Below, in pieces: positions 9,446 to 18,165 of a stretch of DNA of 64,000 nt; position 1 is the stretch's first letter, and every line of letters starts with the position of its first letter. Made by a program: the position numbers and the translations under genes. The notes beneath the pieces are model-generated. The model searched no databases. It worked only from the letters and a program-made list of their open reading frames with translations, and was not told the DNA's origin. The DNA lies in the NCBI GenBank assembly GCA_964384825.1, contig CAYLMM010000003.1, positions 48,463 to 112,462 of the forward strand, in the 5' to 3' direction. The DNA is from an uncultured Fibrobacteraceae bacterium (GTDB taxonomy: Bacteria > Krumholzibacteriota > Krumholzibacteriia > LZORAL124-64-63).

Positions 9446-11226
9446 GTCCGATGCTCCTTGTCGGCCGCCGGCGCGGCGGGCAAAACCAGGGTGAAGGTCG
9501 AGCCGCGGCCGGGCTCGCTCCGGCAGGCGATCTCGCCGCCGCTGTCGGCCGCGACCCGCCGGACCACCGACAGGCCCAGGCCCGATCCGTCCGGGCGCGT
9601 GGTGTAGAAATCCTCGAAGACGCGCTCGATGGTCGCCGGGTCCATGCCGCGGCCGTCGTCGCGGACCGACAGCGCGATCGCCGGCTCGTCTTCCCCTTGC
9701 GCGGCGGCGATCTCGACCTCGATGCGGCCGCTTCCGTCCGGCAGGCTCTCGACGGCGTTGCGCACCAGGTTCTGCACCGCGCGGCGCAGCGAGGTCGCAT
9801 CTCCGATCACGATCATCGGCTCGTCCGGGGCCGCGACCGTCAGCGCGACTCCAGCCGGCGCCATCCCGGCGGCGGCCTCGCAAGCGATCGCCGCCAGATC
9901 GCAGCGCCGGTGCTCCCGCTGAGGCGTGAGCCGGGCGTAGCGGTCGGCAAGGTCCTCCAGATAGGCCAGGCCCGATTCCAGGGTGCCGCGGCGCTCGGCG
10001 AAGATCCGCGGCAGATCTTCGGGATTCTCGGTCGCCACCTCGGCCAGATGCCGCACGACGTTGCGGATGGGGGTGAATCCGTTGCGGATGTCGTGGTTCA
10101 CCTGCCGCGCCAGATCGCCGCGCACGGCCCGCTGCTCGGCTTCGCGCAGGCGCAGGGCCGAGGCCCGCAGACGCTCCACCATCCCGTTCAGGACGCCGGC
10201 CAGGACTTCGGCCTCGCCGCCGCCGCCGGCGGCGAAGACGGCGTCCGGAAGGTCCAGATCCACGGCCGCGGCGCCGGCGGCCAGTTGCTGCAGCGGGCGG
10301 CTGACCCGGCGCGAAAGCACCGCGGCGGTCAGCAGCGAGACCAGCGCGGCGGCGATCAGCGCGATCAGCAGCCACAGGTCGAGGCTGCGCAGCATCCCGC
10401 GCCAGGGCTCGCGCGAGTGGCTCAGGATCAGGGTGGCCGGCACCAGGGGACGGGGCAGGGGCGCGGCGGTGGCGGCCCGCGTCACGAAACGGTCCGCAGG
10501 CGGAGGGAAGGGCAGCGAGCGGGTCAGGTAATCCCCTTCGGGCAGCGTCGAGGCCGGGCGGTCCAGCCGGTCGCGGCCCGCATCGGCCAGGAAGTCCTCC
10601 AGCTCGGGCGCGGTGGACATGGCGCCCCCGTGGTAGACCAGCGAGACCTCGACGCCGCCGCCGCCGGCCAGGGTCGCCAGAAAGGGGATGTCGATGATGC
10701 GGCCGCCGACCAGCCGCACGGTCCGGTCCGAGACGCGCAGCGAATCGACCACCGCCAGCATCGGCGCGCCGGCGATCTCCGGCGGCAGCAGGCCGCCGCC
10801 CGACGGGATCGAGGCCAGGGCCGCCGCCGCCCCGCGCCATCCGGCCGCCTCCCGCTCCGATTGCGGATCGGGATGGAGGATCTCGCCGTCGGCCGTCACG
10901 ATCACCAGCAGGTCGAGTCCGGCCAGCCGTCGGGCGCGGGAGCCGAAATCCGCGAAAAACGCGCGCCGGCCTCTCACGCCGGCCAGCGCCAGGGCGAAGG
11001 CGTTGTCCGCGGCCGCTTCGTCGCGCAGGACCTCCAGGCGCCGGCCCAGATCCGACTGCCGGGCGGCCAGTTCCTGCTCGGCGGCGTCGATCACCGTCGC
11101 CAGGCGGGCCCGGTACTGGTCGGCGAGCCGCCCCGACATGCCGGTGCGCACCGTGACGCCCAGCAGCACCAGCGGCGCCAGCACCGCCAGGGCGGTCAGC
11201 AGCAGGATGCGTCTCTGCAGATTCAT
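9442..11226 (-). CDS. sensor histidine kinase (periplasmic sensor, TM/HAMP-like linker, HisKA, HATPase_c)
   Basis: MNLQRRILLLTALAVLAPLVLL is the N-terminal TM. It has a second TM around LWLLIALIAAALVSLL. The HisKA H-box is VNHDIRNGFTPI. The ATPase G-boxes are DDGRGMD and GSGLGLSVV. Confidence 0.85.
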   Translation of the reverse strand: MNLQRRILLLTALAVLAPLVLLGVTVRTGMSGRLADQYRARLATVIDAAEQELAARQSDLGRRLEVLRDEAAADNAFALALAGVRGRRAFFADFGSRARRLAGLDLLVIVTADGEILHPDPQSEREAAGWRGAAAALASIPSGGGLLPPEIAGAPMLAVVDSLRVSDRTVRLVGGRIIDIPFLATLAGGGGVEVSLVYHGGAMSTAPELEDFLADAGRDRLDRPASTLPEGDYLTRSLPFPPPADRFVTRAATAAPLPRPLVPATLILSHSREPWRGMLRSLDLWLLIALIAAALVSLLTAAVLSRRVSRPLQQLAAGAAAVDLDLPDAVFAAGGGGEAEVLAGVLNGMVERLRASALRLREAEQRAVRGDLARQVNHDIRNGFTPIRNVVRHLAEVATENPEDLPRIFAERRGTLESGLAYLEDLADRYARLTPQREHRRCDLAAIACEAAAGMAPAGVALTVAAPDEPMIVIGDATSLRRAVQNLVRNAVESLPDGSGRIEVEIAAAQGEDEPAIALSVRDDGRGMDPATIERVFEDFYTTRPDGSGLGLSVVRRVAADSGGEIACRSEPGRGSTFTLVLPAAPAADKEHRT

Positions 11227-11341
11227 GCGCGCGGTATCCTTCCGGTTCCGTCCAGCTTACGCCCCGCGGGCCCCTTGGTCAAAGCCGGGCTCGCCGCGTC
11301 GCCGGCAGAGTGTAAAATCGTCTAAAAACACAAAAAAACCA

Positions 11342-11371
11342 TTGCCAGCGCCAAGATGAAAACGATATGAT
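11342..11371 (+). promoter_or_regulatory. candidate sigma70 promoter for the CDGSH–YceI operon
   Basis: TTGCCA-N18-TATGAT within an A-rich stretch. It would give a ~240-nt leader ahead of the ATG at 11617. Confidence 0.3.
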
Positions 11372-11616
11372 GATTTCAGTGAGCGTTTCGACGCCAGCGC
11401 TGATTCCATGCGAAACTCGCCATTGCAACCGTCGCTGCGTCGATGTCGTTCCGGGCCGGTCGTCTTCCTGCTCCCCCCAATTGGCTCGAAGACGGCCGCG
11501 CCCTCCCGTACGATCCCCTTCCGTACGCCGACTATCTTCCCTCCCTCCGGTGGCAACGCCGTCGATTCGCGTCTATTCTGATCTGATCGGTCCGTTTTCA
11601 TGGAGGGGGAACCACG

Positions 11617-11871
11617 ATGCCGAAACCACACGTCCCGGCCCGCAAGCCGATCGTGCTCGATCTCGAGCCGGGAACATATTGGTACTGCACCTGCGGCCGC
11701 TCGGCCGACCAGCCTTTCTGCGACGGGGCCCACAAGGGCTCCGAATTCCGTCCCACCGAGTTCACCGTGACCGAGGCCCGCAAGTCGGCCCTCTGCCGGT
11801 GCAAGTACACGCGCGAGGCGCCCTATTGCGACGGGAGCCATCGCCAGGTCCTGGAGGGAGACGAAGGATGA
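11617..11871 (+). CDS. CDGSH iron-sulfur domain protein (mitoNEET-like, two CDGSH motifs)
   Basis: CDGAHKG and CDGSHRQ motifs. It is 84 aa with a GGAGGGGGA RBS. Its stop overlaps the YceI start (ATGA). Confidence 0.85.
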   Translation: MPKPHVPARKPIVLDLEPGTYWYCTCGRSADQPFCDGAHKGSEFRPTEFTVTEARKSALCRCKYTREAPYCDGSHRQVLEGDEG

Positions 11872-12458
11872 AGACCATCACGATCAGATCGATGCTGTTC
11901 GCCCTTGCCGTTTTGGCCGCCGCGAGCGCCGGCGCTGCGACCTACGACATCGACGCCTCCCACTCGAGTGTCGAGTTCAAGGTCCGCCACCTGGTGATCA
12001 GCAACGTCCGCGGCGCGTTCCAGGATTTCACCGTCGACGCGCTGGAGTTCGATCCGGCCGATCCGCAAAGCTGGCGGGTCGAGGCCGCGGTGATGACGGC
12101 CTCGGTCGACACCGACGACCAGAAGCGCGACGAGCATCTGCGCACCGACGACTTTCTCGACGTCGAGAAGTACCCGCGGATGACCTTCGTCTCGACAGGG
12201 GTCGAACCGAAGGGCGAGCATTACGCCCTGCACGGCGACCTGACGATCCGCGACGTCACCAAGCGGGTCGCCTTCGATCTGACGGTCAACGGGACGGTGA
12301 AGGATCCCTGGGGCGGCGAGCGGGCCGGATTCACCGCCACCGCCAGGATCGACCGGCGCGATTTCGGCCTGACCTGGAACAAGGCGATCGAGACCGGGGG
12401 GGTGGTCGTGGGCAACGAGGTGACGATCACGCTGGAGATCGAGGCCGTGAAGCGGTAG
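11868..12458 (+). CDS. YceI-family periplasmic polyisoprenoid-binding protein
   Basis: MKTITIRSMLFALAVLAAASAGAATYDIDASHSSVEFKVRHLVISNVRGAF is the signal peptide followed by the YceI-like lipocalin fold. It is translationally coupled to the CDGSH gene. Confidence 0.85.
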   Translation: MKTITIRSMLFALAVLAAASAGAATYDIDASHSSVEFKVRHLVISNVRGAFQDFTVDALEFDPADPQSWRVEAAVMTASVDTDDQKRDEHLRTDDFLDVEKYPRMTFVSTGVEPKGEHYALHGDLTIRDVTKRVAFDLTVNGTVKDPWGGERAGFTATARIDRRDFGLTWNKAIETGGVVVGNEVTITLEIEAVKR

Positions 12459-12607
12459 ACCCGGTGGGACGCGGCGGTTGCGCGGGGCCGTCTGCGGCTG
12501 CCGGGTTCCGCTGCGGGGGCGAAAAGGCGGCGCAAGGATGCGCCGCCTTTTCGCCCCCGCAAGGGGGTCCTATGCAACCGCCGGGGCGGGCACCGTACCG
12601 CCCGGGC

Positions 12608-13564
12608 CTACCGCCCGAGCCGGTCCACTTCGGCGCAGGTCTTCTGCACCGCCGCCACCGACTTCTTGAAGGCCTTGCGCTCGTCCGGGGTCAGCTTCAC
12701 GCGGATGATCTTCTCGACGCCGTCGGCGCCGACGACCGCGGGCACGCCCACGAAGTAGCCCTTCACGCCGTATTCGCTCTCGAGCAGCGTGCAGACCGGC
12801 ATGATCTTCTTCTTGTCGAAGATGATGGCCTCGAGCATCTCCAGCGCCGACCAGGCCGGGCTGACGAAGGCCGAGCCGGTGCCCAGCTTGCCGACGATCT
12901 CGCCGCCGGCCTTGCGCACGCGCTCCTCGATCTTCAGCAGCCGGCGCGCGGTGACGAACTGCTCGACCGGCAGTCCGGCCACGCGGCAGGCCGATCGGAT
13001 CGGCACCATCGTGTCGCCGTGGCCGCCGAGGACCATCGCCTCGACGTTCTCCACCGACACCTGCGCCGCCTTGGCCACGAAGTAGCGGTAGCGGGCCGAA
13101 TCCAGCACGCCCGCCATGCCGAGCAGCTTGTTCTTGGGGGTCTTGAGCTTCTTGTGCAGCCGGTAGACGATCGCGTCGAGCGGGTTGGCGATCGAGATGA
13201 TCGTCGCCCGCGGGCAGTACTTGCGGATGCCGGCCGCCACCGCGTCGGTGATCTTCAGGTTGATCGACAGCAGCTCCTCGCGCGAGGGGAAGGTGCCGTC
13301 GGGACGCACGGTGCGCGGCACGCCTGCGGTGTTGATGACGTACTCGGCCTTGTCCAGGGCCGCGAAGTCCTTGGTGGCCTTGAAGTCGAAGTCCGCGCCG
13401 ATGACCGGCGAGCCCTCGGCCACGTCCAGGCACTTGCCCTCGGCCATGGCGGGGGGCTTGATGTCGACCAGGCCCACGTTGCGGGCCAGCCTGCGCGAAA
13501 CGATCTCCGAGAGCAGCACGCCGCCGATCTGGCCGCCGCCGACGAGTCCGATCTTGTTGACCAT
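12608..13564 (-). CDS. mdh: malate dehydrogenase (LDH-like MDH family)
   Basis: MVNKIGLVGGGQIGG is the NAD Rossmann motif. IISIANPLDA and GGHGDTMVP are LDH/MDH signature regions. It is 318 aa. Confidence 0.9.
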   Translation of the reverse strand: MVNKIGLVGGGQIGGVLLSEIVSRRLARNVGLVDIKPPAMAEGKCLDVAEGSPVIGADFDFKATKDFAALDKAEYVINTAGVPRTVRPDGTFPSREELLSINLKITDAVAAGIRKYCPRATIISIANPLDAIVYRLHKKLKTPKNKLLGMAGVLDSARYRYFVAKAAQVSVENVEAMVLGGHGDTMVPIRSACRVAGLPVEQFVTARRLLKIEERVRKAGGEIVGKLGTGSAFVSPAWSALEMLEAIIFDKKKIMPVCTLLESEYGVKGYFVGVPAVVGADGVEKIIRVKLTPDERKAFKKSVAAVQKTCAEVDRLGR

Positions 13565-13706
13565 GACCGATCTCCTCCGTCCGGGATCCCCGGCCGCGTC
13601 CGGGCGAACTGCGGCCGAAATCTCATAATCCTTTGCGTCGTTGCGAATCTACTAAACCCAGAGGGGGCTTGTCACGCATTTTCGCGTTTCCGGGGGGATC
13701 CGGGGC

Positions 13707-14246
13707 TCAGGCGGTCGGGGAGGCCGTGAAGACGCCCTCGATCACGATCCGCGACCAATCCTCGAAAGTGCCTCCGTCGGGGGCGTTTGCGGGACCGGTC
13801 ATGTTCGGCAGATCGCCCGCGGGGATCCACAGGGCCCGATGGGGCTCGGCCTGGGCCATGACCAGGTCCATCACCTGCTGGTCGCCGCCGGCCTCGCCGT
13901 CCAGTTCGATGCGGTAGACCAGCCCGAAATGCACGCTCGAGACGTCCTCGCGGTCGGAATTGATGCAGCCGACCGGCGCGAGGGACGACGCGTCGACGCT
14001 CAGCCCCGTTTCCTCGTTCAGTTCGCGCAGGGCCGAGGCCTTCATCAGCCCGTGCTCGGCCACCTCGGGCGCGTCGCGGTCCAGGGGCTCGATGTGCCCG
14101 CCGAATCCCAGCGACCACAATCCGCCCAGCCGCTTCTCGGTATGCCCCGACCGCCGCTGGTAGGCCAGCACGCGGGCCTCGGTGCCCGCGCCGCGCTGCA
14201 GCACCAGGTAGGGGATCAGCTGCTTGTAATGCGAGCAGTTCTCCAT
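13707..14246 (-). CDS. NUDIX hydrolase
   Basis: The Nudix box is GHIEP...ALRELNEETGL (REx2EEx-G). I chose the ATG at 14246 (MENCSHYKQ). An in-frame TTG at 14375 with GGAGG 7 nt upstream is an alternative start that would add 43 aa. Confidence 0.65.
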   Translation of the reverse strand: MENCSHYKQLIPYLVLQRGAGTEARVLAYQRRSGHTEKRLGGLWSLGFGGHIEPLDRDAPEVAEHGLMKASALRELNEETGLSVDASSLAPVGCINSDREDVSSVHFGLVYRIELDGEAGGDQQVMDLVMAQAEPHRALWIPAGDLPNMTGPANAPDGGTFEDWSRIVIEGVFTASPTA

Positions 14247-14401
14247 GAAGTCGCGCTCGGCGAAGAACAGGTGCGGCTGGACCGCCTCGAGATCGATCGC
14301 GGCGGCGGGCAGGAACCCTTGGGGGCTCAGGCCGGGGAACAGGTGCTTGCGGTCGACGACCAGGATGGTGCGCAATCGGGGCCTCCGTTCGGGTGTCTCG
14401 G

Positions 14402-15253
14402 TCAGCGCAGCGATGCGGTGGCCTTCAGGAAATCGTCGCGGCCGAGCCGCCGGGGGTGGGCCGACAGATCGTAGAGGGCGATCTCGGCCCGGGCCGCGGC
14501 GATGCGGTCGTTGGTGTCGGGATGGGTGCTGAGCCAGCCCTGGAAGCCCCCGGGACCGGATCCGTGCATGGCGACCAGCTTCTCGAAGAAGGTGATCATC
14601 CCGTTCGGATCGTAGCCGGCGGCCACGGCGTACTTCACGCCGAACTGGTCGGCCTGGAACTCGTGGGCGCGGCTGTTCTTCATCATGAACAGCCCGGCCC
14701 CGGCGCCGGCCACCTGCCCCCAGGCCTCTTCGGCCTTCTCGCCCAGCAGCAGCTGCGCGATCACCTGGATGCCCAGCGCGTTCTGCATCGCGCGCACCGA
14801 GTGGCGGGCGGTGACGTGGCCCATCTCGTGACTCAGGACGCAGGCCAGCTCGGCCTCGTTCTCCATCGCCGCCAGCAGCCCGGTGGTGACGTAGATGTAG
14901 CCTCCCGGCGCTGCGAAGGCGTTCACGATGTCGCTCTGCAGCACTGTGAAGGAATACTCCACGTCGGTGCGGTCGGAATGCCCGGCGATCGCGCCGCCGA
15001 CGCCCCGGACGTAGGCCGCCAGCGCGGCGTCGCCGGTCGGCGGATATTCCTGCCGGATGCCGGCGTCGGTCTCCAGGCCCATCTTCACTTCGGTGGGCGT
15101 GTCGATCAGGATCAGGCTCTTCTCGCCGTGGGCGCCGGTGGTGGCGCAGCCGCTCAGGCCGGAGGCCAGGCAAATCGAAAGACAGGCGGCCAGGACCAGG
15201 GCGGTCAGCGGGCCCGCAGGCCCGCGGCGAGTCGTTCGTACGGCGTGCGGCAT
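14402..15253 (-). CDS. M48-family zinc metallopeptidase, lipoprotein
   Basis: Start at MPHAVRTT (M56, GGGAGGG RBS). The lipobox is LSGC. HEMGH is the HExxH motif, and a downstream E lies in ...HEFQADQFG. Confidence 0.8.
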   Translation of the reverse strand: MPHAVRTTRRGPAGPLTALVLAACLSICLASGLSGCATTGAHGEKSLILIDTPTEVKMGLETDAGIRQEYPPTGDAALAAYVRGVGGAIAGHSDRTDVEYSFTVLQSDIVNAFAAPGGYIYVTTGLLAAMENEAELACVLSHEMGHVTARHSVRAMQNALGIQVIAQLLLGEKAEEAWGQVAGAGAGLFMMKNSRAHEFQADQFGVKYAVAAGYDPNGMITFFEKLVAMHGSGPGGFQGWLSTHPDTNDRIAAARAEIALYDLSAHPRRLGRDDFLKATASLR

Positions 15254-15279
15254 GATTCCCTCCCGGTTCGCGCCCCCCC

Positions 15280-16566
15280 CTAGGGCAGGAACGCCTTCAC
15301 GTCGCCCAGCTTGCGGGGCAGGTACTCGTCCATCACGTAGTTCAGGCCGTGCTTGGCCAAAGCCTGCTGCTCGGCGCGGACCCCCATCTTGATCATCTGC
15401 AGCAAGGCCAGCTGCCATTGCTTGTGATGCAGGATGAACGGGTCGTTCTTCAGCGAGTCGCGGGCCCGCTTGACGTCCACTTCCTTCAGCGGATGGGTCG
15501 GCAGCTCGTAGTCGATGATGTCCTGCGGCGTGATGCCCAGGAAACGCGCCTGCGGCACGCAGAAGTACTGGTTCAGATGCGCCGCGTTGCCGCTGCCCAC
15601 CTTCAGGGTGCGGTAGATGTTCGAGAAGCCGTAGGGGTCGCCGTCGACGAAGACGTAGACCGGCAGCTTCTTCTCGTCCGCGAGCCGGCGCACGAAGCGG
15701 CGGCAGGCCCGGGTCGGCACGCCGCCGAGCGAGATCAGGATGCAGTCGGCCCGCTTCCAGTAGTTGTGCTTGACCAGCCGCTGGAACATGCCGGCGGTCT
15801 CGATGCAGAGGATGAACTTGGCGTCGGTCTCGAAACCCAGGTCCTCGACCGAGATCGGGATGGAATAGGCGCCGCTGCCGAACTTGGTGCAGTCGATGCG
15901 CAGCTGCTCGTTGGTGTCGCGGTCCTTGTCGATCACGACCAGGCGGCCGGCCACGTCGCCGCCCTTCTCCTCGGGCACGAAGCCCAGCTGCTCGCGGTTC
16001 ACGCGGTAGAAGGCCTCGACGTCCTCCATCACCGTGTCGGATTCGGGCTGCTCCTTGAAGCGCGCGTCCGCCCAGTTCTTGCTGACGTAGTAGGCTTCTC
16101 GCTTGGTGGCGATGTCGTCGGTCTCGACCAGTTCCTTCGACAGCGCCATCATCTTCAGCGTCTGGGCGAAGGTCTTGACCGTGCTGACGGTCAGGGTCCG
16201 CTCCTTGGTGCGGCCCTTCAGCTCGAAGTAGCCGACCTTCGGCCGGTAGTCGACGTTCTGCAGCGAGCGCAGCGGGAAGCGCATGGCCGGCTTGTCGCCC
16301 TTGAGGATCTTGTCGCGGATGGTGCCGGCCTCGCCGCGCATCTTCTTGAGCAGGGCGGGCGAACCGGCGACCGGGCCGGAGGCTCCCGGCGACGCCGGCG
16401 AGGCGATGATTTCGGCGGCGTCGGCGTCGACGGCCTTGCGCCGGGGATTCTTGCCGCCGCCTGCGGCCTTCGCGGCCGCGGCGCGGGCGGGCGCCGCCTT
16501 GCGCGCGGCGAAATCGAGTTCGGCTTGGGCGGCGGGACGCCGCTTGTCCTTGTCGGCACTGGGCAC
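15280..16566 (-). CDS. DNA topoisomerase VI subunit A (Spo11/TopoVI-A family)
   Basis: KREAYYV is the catalytic-Tyr (R-E/D-x-YY) motif. The Toprim residues are CIETAGMF (Glu) and VFVDGDPYG (DxD). I chose the GTG start 5 nt after the M32 stop with AGGAG upstream. The first ~90 aa are K/A/P-rich low complexity, so the true start could be a later ATG (MRGEAG). Confidence 0.8.
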   Translation of the reverse strand: MPSADKDKRRPAAQAELDFAARKAAPARAAAAKAAGGGKNPRRKAVDADAAEIIASPASPGASGPVAGSPALLKKMRGEAGTIRDKILKGDKPAMRFPLRSLQNVDYRPKVGYFELKGRTKERTLTVSTVKTFAQTLKMMALSKELVETDDIATKREAYYVSKNWADARFKEQPESDTVMEDVEAFYRVNREQLGFVPEEKGGDVAGRLVVIDKDRDTNEQLRIDCTKFGSGAYSIPISVEDLGFETDAKFILCIETAGMFQRLVKHNYWKRADCILISLGGVPTRACRRFVRRLADEKKLPVYVFVDGDPYGFSNIYRTLKVGSGNAAHLNQYFCVPQARFLGITPQDIIDYELPTHPLKEVDVKRARDSLKNDPFILHHKQWQLALLQMIKMGVRAEQQALAKHGLNYVMDEYLPRKLGDVKAFLP

Positions 16567-16571
16567 GTCGT

Positions 16572-18107
16572 TCACTCCTGTCTCCGGTCCGGAAGGCTCA
16601 GATCGTAAAGCTCGCCGTACTTGCCCTGCAGATGATTCGCGAACGGGTCGATGGACAGCTCCTCGCCGGTCGCCTCGCGGCAGAGCTCGCCCGCGGTCAG
16701 CAGCCGGCCGCGGACGTGGATCCGCTTGCGCAGCCAGTCCAGCAGCGGCGCGAAATCGCCGGCCGCGACGCGCTCGGGCAGATCGCCGATGTCCAGCGCC
16801 GCGCGGGCGTGGAACTGGGCCGCATAGAGATTGCCCAGGCTGTAGGTCGGGAAGTAGCCGAACATTCCGCAGGACCAGTGGATGTCCTGCAGCACGCCCT
16901 CGGCGTCGTCGCGCGGGACGATTCCCAGGTAGCCGGTCATCTTCTCGTTCCACAGGCCGGGCAGGTCGTCGACGGCGATCTCGCCGCGGAACAGCGACCG
17001 CTCCAGCTCGGTGCGCAGGATGATGTGCAGGTTGTAGGTCACCTCGTCGGCGTCGATCCGCACCGCGCCGGGCCGAACCACGTTGACCGCCCGGAAGAGC
17101 CGCCGCGCGTCCACGCCGGCGAAGCGGTCGGGGAAGGCCCCGGTCAGCAGCGGCAGCAGATGGTTCATGAAACCGACGCTGCGGCCCACCATGTTCTCCC
17201 ACAGCCGCGACTGCGATTCGTGGATGCCCAGGCTGACGGCCTCGGCCATCGGCGTGCCGGTGTGGGCGGGATCGAATCCCTGTTCGTAGAGCCCGTGGCC
17301 GCCCTCGTGCAGCGTCGAGTAGAGGACCTTGCCCAGATCCCGCGGATCGTAATGCGAGGTCAGCCGCACGTCGTCCGGATCGATCCCGGTGGTGAAGGGA
17401 TGGGCCGAGACGTCCAGCCGTCCGCGGTCGAGATCGAAGCCGATGCCGGTCAGCAGGCGCCTGGCGAGCCGTTCCTGGGCCGCGACGTCGAAGTCGCCCC
17501 GCAGCAGGTCGTCGTCGTCGCGGGGCGGATTGGCGCGGATGGCGGTCACCAGCGGCACCAGCACCCGGCGCAGCGAGGCGAAGAGCGGCTCGATGTCGGC
17601 CGTGCGCATGCCCGGTTCGAATTCGTCCAGCAGGGCGTCGTAGGGCTCGTCGGGGTAGCCGATGGCCTCGGCCTCCCGCCGGCGCAGGGTCACGAGTTCC
17701 GACAGCGCCGGCGCGAACCCGCTCCAGTCGGCCTTCTCGCGCGCCCGGACCCAGGCCTGCTGGCCGAGGCTGACCGCCTCGGCCAGGGCGGTCACCAGGT
17801 CGGTGGGCACCTTCACGGCCCGGTCGCGGTCGCGGGCGGCGGCGCGCACGTTGGCGGCCCCGGCCGGATCCAGATCGGCCTCGCCGAGTTCCGCGAGCAG
17901 ATCCCCGAACTCCGGATCGATGATCCTCTGATGCGACACGCCGGCCAAAGCGGCCCGCTGGCGGGAACGGCCGGCGATCGCGGCCGGCGGCATGCAGGTC
18001 TCCTGGTCCCACGAGAGCAGGGCCTGGCACGAGGAGAGCGCGTGGTGCTCGCGCAGCATCGAGACCAGCCGGCGATATTTCCGCGCGACGTTTTCGGGGT
18101 CGTTCAT
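16572..18107 (-). CDS. M32 carboxypeptidase Taq-like metallopeptidase
   Basis: HEGGHGLYE (HExxH), HESQSRLWE, DIHWS and GYFPTYSLG are M32 signature motifs. It is full-length (511 aa) and lies between the two Topo VI subunit genes. Confidence 0.85.
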   Translation of the reverse strand: MNDPENVARKYRRLVSMLREHHALSSCQALLSWDQETCMPPAAIAGRSRQRAALAGVSHQRIIDPEFGDLLAELGEADLDPAGAANVRAAARDRDRAVKVPTDLVTALAEAVSLGQQAWVRAREKADWSGFAPALSELVTLRRREAEAIGYPDEPYDALLDEFEPGMRTADIEPLFASLRRVLVPLVTAIRANPPRDDDDLLRGDFDVAAQERLARRLLTGIGFDLDRGRLDVSAHPFTTGIDPDDVRLTSHYDPRDLGKVLYSTLHEGGHGLYEQGFDPAHTGTPMAEAVSLGIHESQSRLWENMVGRSVGFMNHLLPLLTGAFPDRFAGVDARRLFRAVNVVRPGAVRIDADEVTYNLHIILRTELERSLFRGEIAVDDLPGLWNEKMTGYLGIVPRDDAEGVLQDIHWSCGMFGYFPTYSLGNLYAAQFHARAALDIGDLPERVAAGDFAPLLDWLRKRIHVRGRLLTAGELCREATGEELSIDPFANHLQGKYGELYDLSLPDRRQE

Positions 18108-18165
18108 GGCGATTCCTTCATGCCCGGGGCGGGGTGGACGTCGGTTCCGGCCGCAGGCGGGAGGC

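Noticed and set aside
8037-11325. 587-aa minus and 624-aa plus ORFs, and the 920-aa extension of the response-regulator ORF
   Set aside because: They are alternative frames over the HK/RR genes. The RR begins at MSRIL with the ATGA overlap. The upstream 465 codons of the 920-aa ORF are a read-through of the kinase gene in another frame.
13707-15173. 488-aa minus ORF covering the NUDIX gene plus upstream sequence
   Set aside because: Only the C-terminal ~180 aa carry the Nudix box. The upstream part is Arg/Pro-rich and overlaps the M48 peptidase gene in another frame.
15280-18030. 916-aa minus ORF fusing TopoVI-A with upstream sequence
   Set aside because: The upstream 488 codons are an out-of-frame read-through of the M32 carboxypeptidase gene. 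The M32 frame has a clean stop immediately before the TopoVI-A GTG/RBS.
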